Source of the DNA: Mobula hypostoma | Taxonomy: Eukaryota | Assembly: GCF_963921235.1 (NCBI RefSeq) | Contig: NC_086109.1 | Coordinates: forward strand, 29,142,001-29,206,000 | Direction: 5' to 3' | DNA: 64,000 bases | Program-made: the position numbers and the translations under genes | Shown: one piece after another, positions 1 to 12,020 of the stretch | How positions within the stretch are numbered: the stretch's first letter is position 1 | Layout: each line of letters starts with the position of its first letter | The notes under the pieces: generated by a model | The model's input: the letters and a program-made list of their open reading frames with translations, nothing else | Told to the model about the DNA's origin: nothing | Databases searched by the model: none

Positions 1-189
1 GGGTCTTCAAAAGAACCTTGAAAGGAAAAAGAAAAAGTGATACCAAAGATAAAAATAGAGCTGTTTCCGAAGATGCAAGCGAAGGAGTCGCCTTTTAGCG
101 CCATCTTGACTTTGCTCCGCCCCTCACTTTTTAAGATTGTAGGGATGGCTTTGGGGATACAAAAAGGAGTCAGGAATCGGTTAGGGTTT

Positions 190-650
190 AGGAATGGTGA
201 AGTAACTTAACGATTGAATCTACCTTCTGAAAGCACTCTCTCTTGAATATGCTCTCGGTGGTGTGGATGTTCGGAGCTGACCGAGTTTACAACCTTCTGA
301 AACCTCCTAAAATACTTCATAGTGGAGCCTCCATATCAGGCTGTGAAGCAGCTAGACAGAACAATCTCCACCATACATCTAGAGAAATTTATGAGCATCT
401 TAGTTGACACACCAATCCTCCTAAAAGTCCTACTGATGTAGAGCCGCTCGCGTATCTTCTTCGTGATTGCCGTAATGTGTTGCGCCAAAGATGGATCTTC
501 CGAGATATTGATGAACAGGAACTTGAAACTGCTCACTATTTCTACCACTGGCCGCTCAATGAGAACAGTTGTGTGTTCTCCCTTTCCTGAAGCCCACAAA
601 CCACTCCTTGGTCCTGCTGACATGAGTATAAAATTCTACCGTATTTTGCT
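190..650 (-). mobile_element. Rex1/Babar-like fragment
   Basis: VEIVSSFKFLFINISEDPS..RERLY..FRR.G..CMVEIVLS. Confidence 0.72.
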
Positions 651-679
651 TTTTGCAACCTACACATGGATGTTGTTTC

Positions 680-820
680 ACAAACAGGAGAAAATCTGCA
701 GATGCTGGAAATCCAAGCAACACACACAAAATGCTGGAGGAACTCAGCAGGCCAGGCAGCATCTATGGAAAAGAGTACAGTGACGATTTGGGCCGAGACC
801 CTTTGGCAGGACTGGAGAGG
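680..820 (-). mobile_element. Mini-PLE terminus (related subfamily; core CTGCCAA)
   Basis: CTGCAGATGCTGGAAATCCAAGCAACACACACAAAATGCTGGAGGAACTCAGCAGGCCAGGCAGCATC, shared with other copies. Confidence 0.8.
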
Positions 821-2094
821 GAGAGAAAATGAAGGACTCAACAACTTGGTATCTTTTGTAGGCTTCCAAGCAGGCCAGAGACCCCCAGACATCACTAGGT
901 CTTCATGAATAAGCTGCTTTATCATAGTTCCCCGAACAAAATAGCTACGTACGTAATTCACTGATTGGGAACTGGGGAATGAGACGGACCTTCTCCTGGC
1001 CAGGCTATAATCAACCGTTTCCTATTGATTCACCATATGAATATCCCAGGCAGAAGGAATCTGAGGCACCCAAGACCCACAAGCCTGACTGCAAAATCAT
1101 AAAACATTAATAACTCTTATAGGATCGGTATTGTCGAAGAGAGGAGGAAGTAGTAATCAGAACACGTTTGTCAAAAGGCAGAAGATAAATAAACTGTGAC
1201 ATGTTTGGCTGGATATCATCACAATCCTCAAAGGTCTCTGAACTAGCACTGTCCACTGGCTTTGTGACTGGAGTACTTCTGATCAACTCTTTCAACTGAC
1301 TGAATATGTGCAGGTGATAGTGTACCACTCCAAGATGCTGCTGTGGTCTGCGTTTCTGGACTATACTTTCCTACAAGAGAGAAAGTGACTTTGCATGTGT
1401 TAGTTCTGAAGTATGTACATATCCTGAACCACTATAGGTGTGTGAGTATTGGAGCAGTGGAGTGGAGTACTCTGAGTGCTGTACAGACTCATTCGTCAGG
1501 TCCGATTTATTGCTGCTTGCACCAGACACGTTAGGTCATTATGTTTCTGCAGCACTTGGCCCAGGCCCTTGAGGGTTCTCGCTGGACATTGCCTAAATGA
1601 ATGCTCTATGTCCCTGGGTTCCTTGGTATTTAGTTTCTTCCTACAGGTCTCACCTCTCAAGCAAAATATTGTCAGTGTTGGTGAGTTATGGCTGTGCTGT
1701 TAGCACTTCTCTTAGTCTTCCCCATGTTGCAGAATGATTAGATTCTGCCCCCAGCTCTTCCATGAGAGGGTTCAGGACTGGCACTAGTTGTTTATAGCAA
1801 GGTACATGGAGCTCCTGAAATTATTCACTTTTACTGCGTGCTGTAAAACCAGGAGTAAACACATGACGTCACAGAAAACAGCCTCCTTTCCATGGACTCT
1901 GTCTGCAGTTCTTGCTTCCTCAGTAAAGCATCCAACATAATCAAAGACCCCATCCTCACAGGCATTCCCTCTGCTTCTCTCTCCCATCCGACAGGACATA
2001 GAAAGGCCTGAAAGCCCGTACTAAAAGCTCAGGGACAGACTCGGTCCCACTGCTATAAGAATCTTGATGTGGTTTCATGTGCAATTAGGTAGGT

Positions 2095-2325
2095 GGCCTG
2101 TTAGAGTCGTGGTTAGTACAAAGTTTTACAGTACCAGCAACCTGGGTTCAATTCCTGCCACTGTCTGTGAGGAATTTGTACGTTCTCACCATGATCATGT
2201 GGATTGTTTCCGGGTGCTCTGAGTTTCCTTCCACAATCCAAAGATTTGATTGGTTATTCGGTCATCGTAATTGTGGCTTGCTGGGCAGCGCAGGGCCAAC
2301 TCCATGCTATATCCTAATAAATAAA
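2095..2325 (+). mobile_element. tRNA-derived HE1/V-SINE-like SINE
   Basis: B box GGGTTCAATTCC. Core TTTGTACGTTCTC..CCGGGTGCTC..TTTCCTTCCACAATCCAAAGA. Confidence 0.8.
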
Positions 2326-3189
2326 AAGATGGACTTTTGATCTCACAATGTGCCTTATTATGATCTTGCACTTTCTCTGTGAGCTGTTACATTTTACTCA
2401 CGTGTTATTGTGCTATTGTGTTCTCCCTCTATGCACAATATAATGAATTGATCTGTATGAACTGTATGCAAGACAAGCTCTTCCCTCTATCTTGGTATAA
2501 ATCAATGCTATTACCAATATCAATATCAATATCTATCATCATGATTGATATAGATAAACTTTTCAAGGGTCTTTAACATTGCAAGACTTAAAGCAATAGC
2601 TTGGAGCTTTGACAGACAAAAATTACAGATATGTCATGGAAGAAGTTTTTAGAACAGATAATAAAAAACAGGGTGATAAAGGTGGGTTTTAAAAGCATTC
2701 TTAAGGGGATAAACAGGAAGATTAGAGAAGCATAGAACATTAGAAACTAAAGATTGTCAGTAGTAAAGAAGTTAAATTTCTTGATGCTCAGGACATCAGA
2801 ATTGGAGAAACGCTGGCAGGGGTAAAATGAAAACAAGTAGGTGGCCTTCCACTTATCATTTGTTTTATGTCAGGAATATCTGCATTCATTTCAAACACTT
2901 CAAGTGTTTCAAGGACTTTGATATCTACCCTCCCAAGTGTTAAAGAGCCTTGTAACAGGCAGATCTGCAGGTTCTGAATGTTTGTGCTATTGGGCCTGCA
3001 AGGTCAAGAGTTCAGTCCAGTTAAAACCAGATACACAGCAATGCAGTGCCCATCAAAATGATAGTGGTTAGCTTTACTGAACCAGAAAGACCTGCACAGG
3101 TGTTGCATTCTGTCCCCTGATTTGCTTTAGGTGTAAGATTGAGATGTGGCAATGACGTGATGAAGGGGAAATCAGCTAGAGTTCCTGAA

Positions 3190-3510
3190 GCACGGTAGTG
3201 GAGTTGTTAGTGCGATCGCTTTAGAATGCCAGCGATCACCGATCAGGGTTTCAATCCCACCGCTGTCTGTAAGGAACGCATGAATTTCTCCCCCCTCCCC
3301 TCCCCAATGACCACTTGGTACTCCAGTTTCCTCCCACATTCCAATGACATACGGGTAGGGTTAGTGAGCTGCGGGCGTGAGATGGTTCTGAAAGGGTTGT
3401 GGACTGCCCCCAGCACAATGTTTGGACTGCGTTGACCATCGACTGAAAATGACACATTTTACTGTACATTTCAATGTTTCAATGCAAATGTGATAAATAA
3501 AGCTAAGCTT
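3190..3510 (+). mobile_element. V-SINE-like SINE
   Basis: tRNA-like head. Core CCAGTTTCCTCCCACATTCCAA. Tail GTGATAAATAAAGCTAA. Confidence 0.7.
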
Positions 3511-3659
3511 TAAGGAGCATCTCTAGAGAAACAAACAGAGCTAACTTTTCAAATTATGACCTCACATCATTAACCTGAAATTTTAATTCTGTTTCACATT
3601 CCAGAGATGTGACTAGAAAAAAAAATGAGTGCTTCCACTATCTACTGTTCTTATTTCAT

Positions 3660-3995
3660 ATTTCAGGCTGGAGAAGCAACACCTCATATTCCATCTGGGT
3701 AGTCTCCAACCTAATGGCATGAATATCAATTTCTCTAACTTCCAGAAATTTTTCCTCCTCCCGCTCCTCTTTTACATCTTCCCACTCTCGTCCCCTTCTT
3801 ACCTCTTCTCCTCACCAGCCTATCACCTCCCTCTGATTTCCCTCCTCCTTCCTTATCTTCCTTGGTTCACTCTCCTCTCCTATTAGGTTCCTTCTACTCC
3901 AACCCTTAACCTTTTCCACCTATCACTTCCATGCTTCTTACATCATTCCCCCTTCCACACCCACCTGGTTTCACCTCTCACCTTGTAGCTTGTTC
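3660..3995 (+). mobile_element. Older PLE 3' fragment
   Basis: Translates RLEKQHLIFHLGSLQPNGMNINFSNF, matching the C-terminus of the 639-aa ORF, followed by a pyrimidine-rich UTR. Confidence 0.85.
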
Positions 3996-4167
3996 AAAGT
4001 TCCCACTACATACAACTCAGTGATTAATTTTCTTGCAGGCATACTCAATAAATGCATACTAGAATAATCACCATAGTAGAATCAATAAAAGGCCAATTTG
4101 TCTTTAGTTCAACCAGTGTGCAAAAGACAATAAACCATGCAAATACAAAAAAGAAAGTGATAATAAA

Positions 4168-4197
4168 AATAAATAAATAAATAAATAGATGGATAGG

Positions 4198-4239
<42 letters not shown>

Positions 4240-4240
4240 T
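4168..4240 (+). repeat. Compound (AATA)n(GATA)n microsatellite
   Basis: Seen directly in the sequence. Confidence 0.95.
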
Positions 4241-5109
4241 CAGGACCATGAAATGATGAGTCCTTAAAAGTGAATCCACAGGTTGTGGGAACACTTCAAT
4301 GATGGGGCAAGTGAAGTTGAGTGAAGTTATCCCAAAACTAACTTCCAGATTTCTTCATCACTTATTAAATCTGTATAATTAATTTCAGCAACTGGTACAC
4401 AACAACATCCAGGTCCACTGCATTCCCTTTCCCCGTCTATTGCCACTCAGATAATAATCTGCCTTCTTGTTGTTGCCACCACACATTTAATTACATCATT
4501 CAGCATCCGACAGGCATGCACACTCTCTCAATTTATCCACATAAATATGCAACTTCTCCATCCAGCTTGTTTACGTGGAAAAATTACATTTAAATCCCTT
4601 ATCCAAATCCTTAATAAATATCAGGAATAATTGGGCTTACAGCACTGTTCTCCATCATATCCCACTCATCACTGGATGCTATTCAGTACAAGTCCTATCT
4701 ATTTCTACTCTTGATGTGACCAATCAATTTTTTAACCATGTGAAACAAGTCGTCCTGACTCCCATATGCTTTAATTTTCCATGCTAATCTCTCAGATTGG
4801 ACAATATTAAAAGCTTTCTGAAAGGTTAAGTATACATACAACCGTTGACACTCCATCATCTATTCTGTGAGGTACATCTTCAAAATATTCCAGTAGATTT
4901 TCAAGTATGGTTTCTCTTTCACAAATCCATGTTGAAGTCATAGACTACCAGAGCCCTATATCATGGAAATGGATTTATTATTACCTGTTTTCTCTTTAGT
5001 TTTTTTTTAAATATCAATGTTCCCTCAGCTCACCTCCAAGCTATTGGAGCTGTCCTAGTGTTGAAAGAGTGTTGAAAACTGACCACCAGTGCAGCCACAT
5101 CATAACCAC

Positions 5110-5275
5110 AAGACATTCTGCAGATGATGGAAATCCAAGTAAAACACACAACGTGCTGGTTGACCTCAGCAGGTTAGGCAGCATCTATGGTGAGGAATCA
5201 ACCTTTGGGTCTCGGCCTGAGACCTCAATAGATGATGCTTGACCTGCTGAATACCTTCAACATTCTGTGTGCGTT
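5110..5275. mobile_element. Palindromic mini-PLE (two inverted termini)
   Basis: Left arm ..CACACAACGTGCTGG..CAGCAGGTTAGGCAGCATCTAT. Right arm ATAGATGATGCTTGACCTGCTGA..CATTCTGTGTG. Confidence 0.7.
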
Positions 5276-6709
5276 TTTGTGGGCATACTCAACATATCTA
5301 CGGAATAATAACCATAACAGAATCAATGAAAGTCCGTCAATTTAAAATGAAGAGGTAATCTGCCCAAATGTATTAACAGATTTCTATCCAAGTTCCCTGT
5401 TTCACTGAAGATGGTACCTTACACAAGTCCAAACACAGCTACTGCATTACACACAGATCTAATACTTTAATATTATTCATGGATAGTAACCCAAGATCAT
5501 TCCTGACTCAAGGGCCGTTTGAGCTGCCCAGATTTTATCTCAAACAATGTTCAAAAAAGGCTGAATAGAGCATCCCAAACTCTCCCAGTTTGAAAGCTTT
5601 AACTGCCCACTATCTTCATCAATTTAATCTTAAACCTGAAATATATCTTCTTTAAAAAATCTGTGTTTATATTTATTGGAAAATGCCTGTATAGTTAATT
5701 ATGCACTGTACTTGGAGCATGGAACGGGCTTTGTGACTCATTGGTCTACACTGGTGTTTATGTTGCAGCTCCACACAAACCTTTCCTAACTACTTTCCTT
5801 AGACAGTATCGACATTCTTTACTATCCATTTCTTTGCCATGACCTACTGTACCTAGCTTTCTTCTAACCGCAGGATGTTGTAACAAGTTCCACATGCTGT
5901 TCTCTGGGCAAAGACTTTTCACTTATTGGATTTATTAATGACTTATTTTTATACAAGTCTCATGATTTTGGTTTCCTTCATAAATACTTTCCTTACACAT
6001 GTTTCTTGAACTGAACAGTCCTCTGGCAGGCCATGTGTTAATGTTTTTTTTTCTGAAGAATCCCATAGATTGTTAAAATCCATGAAGTTAAGCAGACAAT
6101 TTTACTTTTTTTGAAAGTCCCTCACCTCAATTTTATGCAATAATTTCTGCTTTGCAGTTTGATGAAATATCTCTTTGAAGATCTTAATTAGTTTCCAAAA
6201 GAAAATTGTCTTTCTTTTAGTTTCCACATTTTTCTCCAGACTGCATAATGAGTAGCTTATAAATGCCATTTTGCTGAGTTCTCTAATTTACATGCTCAGA
6301 ACAAAAATATGACATTTGCTTTCAAAAGAACGAGGTCAGACCTTGAACTCATGCAACAAACCATTTGTCACCTTATCAGTCCTGCACAAATTGGTTCCTT
6401 ATTTCACAGACAAAATTGTTTATTGGTCACCCAGGAAACTAATTGGCTCTTGTCAGTGAGTGTTAACACGGGCAAAAATGTGACCATTTTGTGTTTTAAA
6501 GCATGTATTGAATTTCTAGCGTTATTTTACATTTGAATCTGCAGTATGAAGAGATATAACATTGGTGCTAGCTGCTAAATTAAACTAGATCAAAAAATAT
6601 CATCAGCTATGTCTCCAGTAAACATTAAGTATAATTCTATTCCACCAAGAAGCCACCGGATATTTGTGGAAATCGATAGGGTTCACTAATGTCTTGAATG
6701 GAAGGGTAG

Positions 6710-6995
6710 AAATGGTAGTGTGATGGTTAGCACAACACTTTACAGTACAGGTGACCCGGGTTCAATTCCTACCACTGTCTGTAAGGAGTTTGTACATTTT
6801 CCCTGTGACTGCATGAGTTTTCTATGGGTGCTCTAGTTTCCTCTCACAGTCCAAAGACAAATCTTTTGGTGGGTTAATTGGTCATTGTAAATTACCCCGT
6901 GATTAAGCTAGGGTTAAATCAAGGGTTGGTTAGGCGGTGTGGCTCGAAGGGCCGGAAGGGCCTATTCCATGATAGATCTCAATAAATGAATAAAT
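6710..6995 (+). mobile_element. HE1/V-SINE-like SINE with CR1-like tail
   Basis: CCCGGGTTCAATTCC, V core, end GGCCGGAAGGGCCTATTCC..AATAAA. Confidence 0.82.
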
Positions 6996-7944
6996 CCCCA
7001 TCCTTTCCCAGTCTGATCTACAAGTATCTCCTGACCCACTATTGTGGCTGTACCTTAATTGCCTCAGTTCAAGGTCAATTAAAGAAGGGCTTTAAATGAC
7101 ATACTTGCCCATTGGATCTGTGCCCACTAAACTGATAAGATGGACAGATGAATAAATAAAAGTATTTCCCCATAACAGCAGCTGGATCTTGTTTTTATTG
7201 CAGGCACTAAGTTTTGTTTCAAGTATGGTAATTTACCTAAGTGTTTGTTATACATATTATGGCCTTGAATATGAGTGCTAAATAGCTAAATAATTGGTCA
7301 TTGGTTTATTATAGTGAAAATATATTGAAACAGTGAAAAGCTTTTGTCTGTATACCATCCAGCCAGATCATTGCAAACAAAAGTATATTGAGGTATTACA
7401 AAAGGGAAAAAAAAACAATAGCAGAATGCAGAATCTACTGTTACAGTTATTAAAAGCAGTGCAGATTTGCACATAAGGTACAAGGGGCAATGAAGATTAG
7501 GAGCGTCACAGGCAAAAATACTAACTAGGGTTATCATATCAAAATCCTAAATGTTTTTCCCTACCCTCAACTTGGGATTCCGAAGTTTATCACTGCCCTC
7601 ACACTTGATATTAAATGTGGCATCTTCTTGACCTGACTAGCAGAACTATTAAATTATCAACTTTCTGAGCAGTGTCTCACTATAACCATTGAAATCTGCA
7701 GCACATGGATGACCATCTTAAAGTGTTGGTGACATCTCTTAGCTATTCTTTTCAAGTCTCCATTTGTCTGTAATCTCGTATCTTTCTCTAATTAAATATT
7801 ATTTGTATTGTTTTTGTAAATCACAGGCTTTGCAAAAGACCATAAAGCAATAAAAGTTGGAGTTAAATGCTTATCTGTGTCTTTTGACATTCCACACGTT
7901 AAACAGTCCAGGCCCATTGTGAAGTCTGGAAAATGGCGTGAGTG

Positions 7945-8180
7945 TAAGAGAGTTCTGTGGAATTCTCTGCCACAGGAAACAGTTGAGGCCAGTTCATTGG
8001 CTATATTTAAGAGGGAGTTAGATATGGCCCTTGTGGCTATGGGGATCAGGGGGTATGGAGGGAAGGCTGGGGCGGGGTTCTGAGTTGGATGATCAGCCAT
8101 GATCATAATAAATGGCGGTGCAGGCTCGAAGGGCCGAATGACCTACTCCTGCACCTATTTTCTATGTTTCTATGTTTCAA
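7945..8180 (+). mobile_element. CR1 3' end, young
   Basis: LWNSLPQETVEASSLAIFKRELD. (TTTCTATG)n tail. Confidence 0.85.
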
Positions 8181-8291
8181 CCAATTGCTTCATCATAAAC
8201 ATTGCGACCAGATTGAATGACAATTATACCCTCTCTTAGGTAAAGAGATCAAGGCTGCACAGCTAAGAGTTGTTATAACTGAAAAGGCTTG

Positions 8292-8418
8292 CTGAGGGGT
8301 TTCAGTCCGAAATGTCGACTGTACTCTTTTCCATAGATGCTGCCTGGCCTGTTGAATTCCTCCAGCATGTTGTATGTGATGCTTGGATTTCCAGCATCTG
8401 CAGATTTTCTCTAGTTTG
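8292..8418 (+). mobile_element. Mini-PLE terminus, degenerate hammerhead
   Basis: ...CCGAAATGTCGACTGTACTC...GATGCTGCCTGGCCTG...CCAGCATCTGCAG. 12-bp TSD TGAAAAGGCTTG at 8280-8291 and 8419-8430. Confidence 0.85.
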
Positions 8419-8814
8419 TGAAAAGGCTTGACTTTCCAAGAAGGATCTTTCAATGGTGTTCAGGTCCACATTCAAAAATGGCTGCTTACTTTACTAGGAT
8501 ATGATCATTTTGCAACTACATTGACACCACATCACTCATATAGATTGTGAAGAGAAATACTTTGGAAGGGTACATGTAAGGGTGTAAAGTGGCAAATGGA
8601 GAGATGAGAATATATATTGTGTTTGATATGCCCTTTATCAATTATTAAGGACTTTGCTAAACAATTTCCCAGCCAATTACTTACCATCACAGATTCCTTG
8701 GACAAAATTAGGAATTTAATTTGTCTTAGCATATAATAAGATGACAATATGATGATTGCACTGTACAATCTCCCATTTGGAGTCTTCCTGGTACATTGAG
8801 TCTATCTAGCTAAT

Positions 8815-9375
8815 TGACACAATCATGCTGAATGCACGTCAGCAGCTCTACTTCATTAGGAGTTTGAAGAGATTTGGTGTGTCACTAAAGCTAATTTCTA
8901 TTGATGTGCAATGGAGAGTATTTTGACTGGTTACATCATAACCTGGCTTAGAGACTACAATTCAAAGGATCACAAAAGGCTGCAGAGGGACAGAAATATA
9001 GCCAGCTCCAAGACAGGCTCAATTACTCCCACCATCGAAGACATCATCAAGTGGCAGTACCTCAAGAAAGCAGCATCCATCATTGAGGACATTCACCATC
9101 TGGGACATGCCCTCTTTTCATTACTACGATCAGGTAGGAGGTACAGGTGCCTGAAGACCCACACTCAATGATTCAGGAACAGCTTCTTCCCCTCAGCCAT
9201 CAGATTTCTGAACAGTCCATGCACCCATAATCACTACATAATTGTTCCTTTATCATGCATTATTTCATTTTTCCATTTATAGTAAATTTATATTTTTGCA
9301 TTGTACTGCTGCTTCAAAGCAACAGATTTCATAACGTTAAGACAGCAATTATAAAACATTTGATTCTGATTCTGA
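8815..9375 (+). mobile_element. Rex1/Babar-like 3' fragment
   Basis: ESILTGYIITW..KRLQR..KKAASII.D..H..LFSLL.SGRRYR. ATTCTG tail. Confidence 0.8.
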
Positions 9376-9648
9376 AAATGGAGTGCTACCAACAGAAAAT
9401 ATTTATTTTCACAAATAAGTGCAATCAAAATTCACAGAATGTGATCATGCTTCTCCAAGCTCTTTACGGCATAGTAGACATGGGTGGTTTTGCCCCCACA
9501 GATGCTGGTAAAACATTCCCTTTCCCTGAAAAGTAATCATTGCTAGTCTGACAGTTGCAAGGCCACAAATGAAAATAGATTATATTTTGTTTAAACTTGT
9601 GAGACAAAATGTTAGTGAAAGAATAAAAATCAGTTAATCTAACCTTCT

Positions 9649-10078
9649 CAACATTGACTTCTCAAACTTCCGCTAATGCCCCACCTCCCCCTCGTACCCC
9701 ATCCGTTATTTATTTACATACACACACTTTTTCTCTCTCTCCTTTTCCTCCCTCTGTCCCTCTGACTATACCCCTTGTCCATCCTCTGGGCTTTTTCCCC
9801 CCCTTCCTCCTTTTCTTTCTCCCTGGGCCTCCTGTCCCATGATCCTCTCATATCCCTTTTGCCAATCAACTGTCCAGCTCTTGGCTCCATCCCTCCCCCT
9901 CCTGTCTTCTCCTATCATTTTGGATCTCCTCCTCCCCCTCCCACTTTCAAATCTCTTACTAGCTCTTCTTTTAGTTAGGCCTGACGAAGGGTCTCGGCCT
10001 GAAACGTCAACTGTACCTCTTCCTAGAGATGCTGCCTGGCCAGTTGCGTTCACCAGCAACTTTTATGTGTGTTGCTTG
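9649..10078 (+). mobile_element. PLE 3'-end fragment (last codons + 3' UTR + hammerhead core)
   Basis: Closely similar to 21908-22324. CTGACGA at 9981, GAAACGTC at 10001. 13-bp TSD AATCTAACCTTCT at 9636-9648 and 10079-10091. Confidence 0.9.
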
Positions 10079-10799
10079 AATCTAACCTTCTACTCATTTT
10101 CATTTGAGACTTAATTGATTGCTATGTGAAAAAACAATAGTTTCAAGGCATATGCCTCTTCCCATCCACACTGAAATGTACTCCTGGTGTAAGGTAGGCA
10201 CATAATGTCTTGTACACAGGGCTATCATTTGTGTGTCATCCTTGATGGTTAATTTTGGCAGAGTATTAAACTAAAGAAAATACTGTTGTTTTAGTCAGGT
10301 TGATCCTTTCGCCATCAGTTTGAATTCTTGAAGATGTCTGTAACATGGTTTGGGGTCCTGGCACAAGTTTCAAGCACTGGGTGGAATGAGTAGTAAAGGT
10401 GAGAAAAATGAACTGGGATTTCTGCAACAGCATTCCCTCTCGATTGTGGAAAATCACTTGGTTACAGGTGTGTGTCATATCCTGCACCTGCCCTACAGCG
10501 GTCACCTGAGCCCTTTCCAGTTTATCTGTATATCAAAGGCGGATTGTGTTTGCCAAAAACAAGTTGGTACAATTCTCCAGGGAAAGAGAAAAAAAGATGT
10601 ATCCAGCATCATTTGCATGTGCTTGAAGATGTGAATAGCAACCGGGTATATAGATTTCACCAAATGCTGAGATTCTATCTCTTGCCAATGTTCCAAAGGA
10701 TGGGTTTAGCCATAATGCTGTGGGAAAATTAATTTCATCTGAATGGTGCTGAACTGTATTTATCTTGTGGAAATTTTATTTGGAGGGATCCATCTGCTC

Positions 10800-12020
10800 T
10801 CAAATCAGAATCAGATTTACTATCATTGACAAATTGCTGTTTCACAGCATTACTACAGAGCAATACATAACAAATTATTATAACAAGCAATAAGAATATA
10901 TAAAATAAAAAGTATTGCAAACAGAGAACAGAGCAATGAGGTTGTGTTCACGGACCATTCAGAACTCTGAACATGGAGGGGGAACGACTGTTCCTAGTAT
11001 GTTGAGTAAGTTCAGGCTCCTGCACTGCCTCCCTGATGGTAGTAATCAGAAGAGGGCATATCCTGGATGGTGAGGTCTATTTCAATCCTACATGCCTCCC
11101 TGTCACCATTTGATTCTGCCAAGAAAAGTTAAGTCATTGGTGAACTTATAGATGGTGTTCGAGCTGTGCCTAGCCACAGAGGCAGGAGTGTAGAGGGAGC
11201 AGAGCCGCGACATCTTTGGGGTGCACCTGTGTTGACTGTCAGCGAGGAGGTGTTGTTTCTGATTCACACTGTGGTCTCCCAATGAGGAGGTCAAGGATCC
11301 AGTTGCAGAGGGGATTACAGGCAGTTAGTTGTCCGTAGGGAATGTCTTCAAAGCTCAGTAACCTGCCATGTAAGTTCAAAGTTGATTGCAGGATATCATA
11401 AAAGTCCAGCATCCTCAGCTCTACCCTCCAACCTTCACTCCAGTTACAAGTAGAAGCCCCGTCTTACATAAACCTTAGAGTAGATACTGTACTACCTGTG
11501 CTTTAATACCAGCAGCACCGCAAGTGGTCATTCATCATTCACAGAGCCCAATAGCCATCCATGCCAAGTCTGTAATCAGAATTTCTGAATTCAGAACCTC
11601 TCCAAGTGGTCTTCCATCTTCAAAGTCAGAATCAGGATCAGGTTTAATATCACTGTATATGTTGTGAAATTTGTTGTCTTTGCAGCAGCTGTATAATGCA
11701 TGCATAATAATAGAAGAAAATGAATTACAGTAGGTATATTAGTATTTTAAATAGTTTAATTAAATAAGTTGTGAGGTAGTGTTCATAGGCTCAATGTCCA
11801 TTCAGCAATCGGATGAATCGTTGAATGTGTGCCTTCTGGTTTCTATGCCTTCTTCCTGATGGTAGCAATGAGAAGAAGGCATGGCCTGGATCATGGGGTT
11901 CCTTAGTGATGGATACTCCTTTCTGAGGCATCGTTTCTTGAAGATTTCCTGGATACTATGGAGGGCATTGCCCATGATGGGGCAGACTAAGTTTATAACT
12001 CTATTATAAATCTCTGCCAC
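10800..12020 (-). mobile_element. Two decayed Rex1/Babar-like 3' fragments
   Basis: VARHSSNTIYKF, SIQEIFKKRCLRK. (TCAGAA)n tail remnants at ~10800 and ~11625. Confidence 0.7.

Noticed and set aside
11772..11782. TGAGGTAGT let-7-like seed
   Set aside because: Lies in a Rex1-like 3' UTR (similar text at ~32757). The rest of let-7 and its hairpin are absent.
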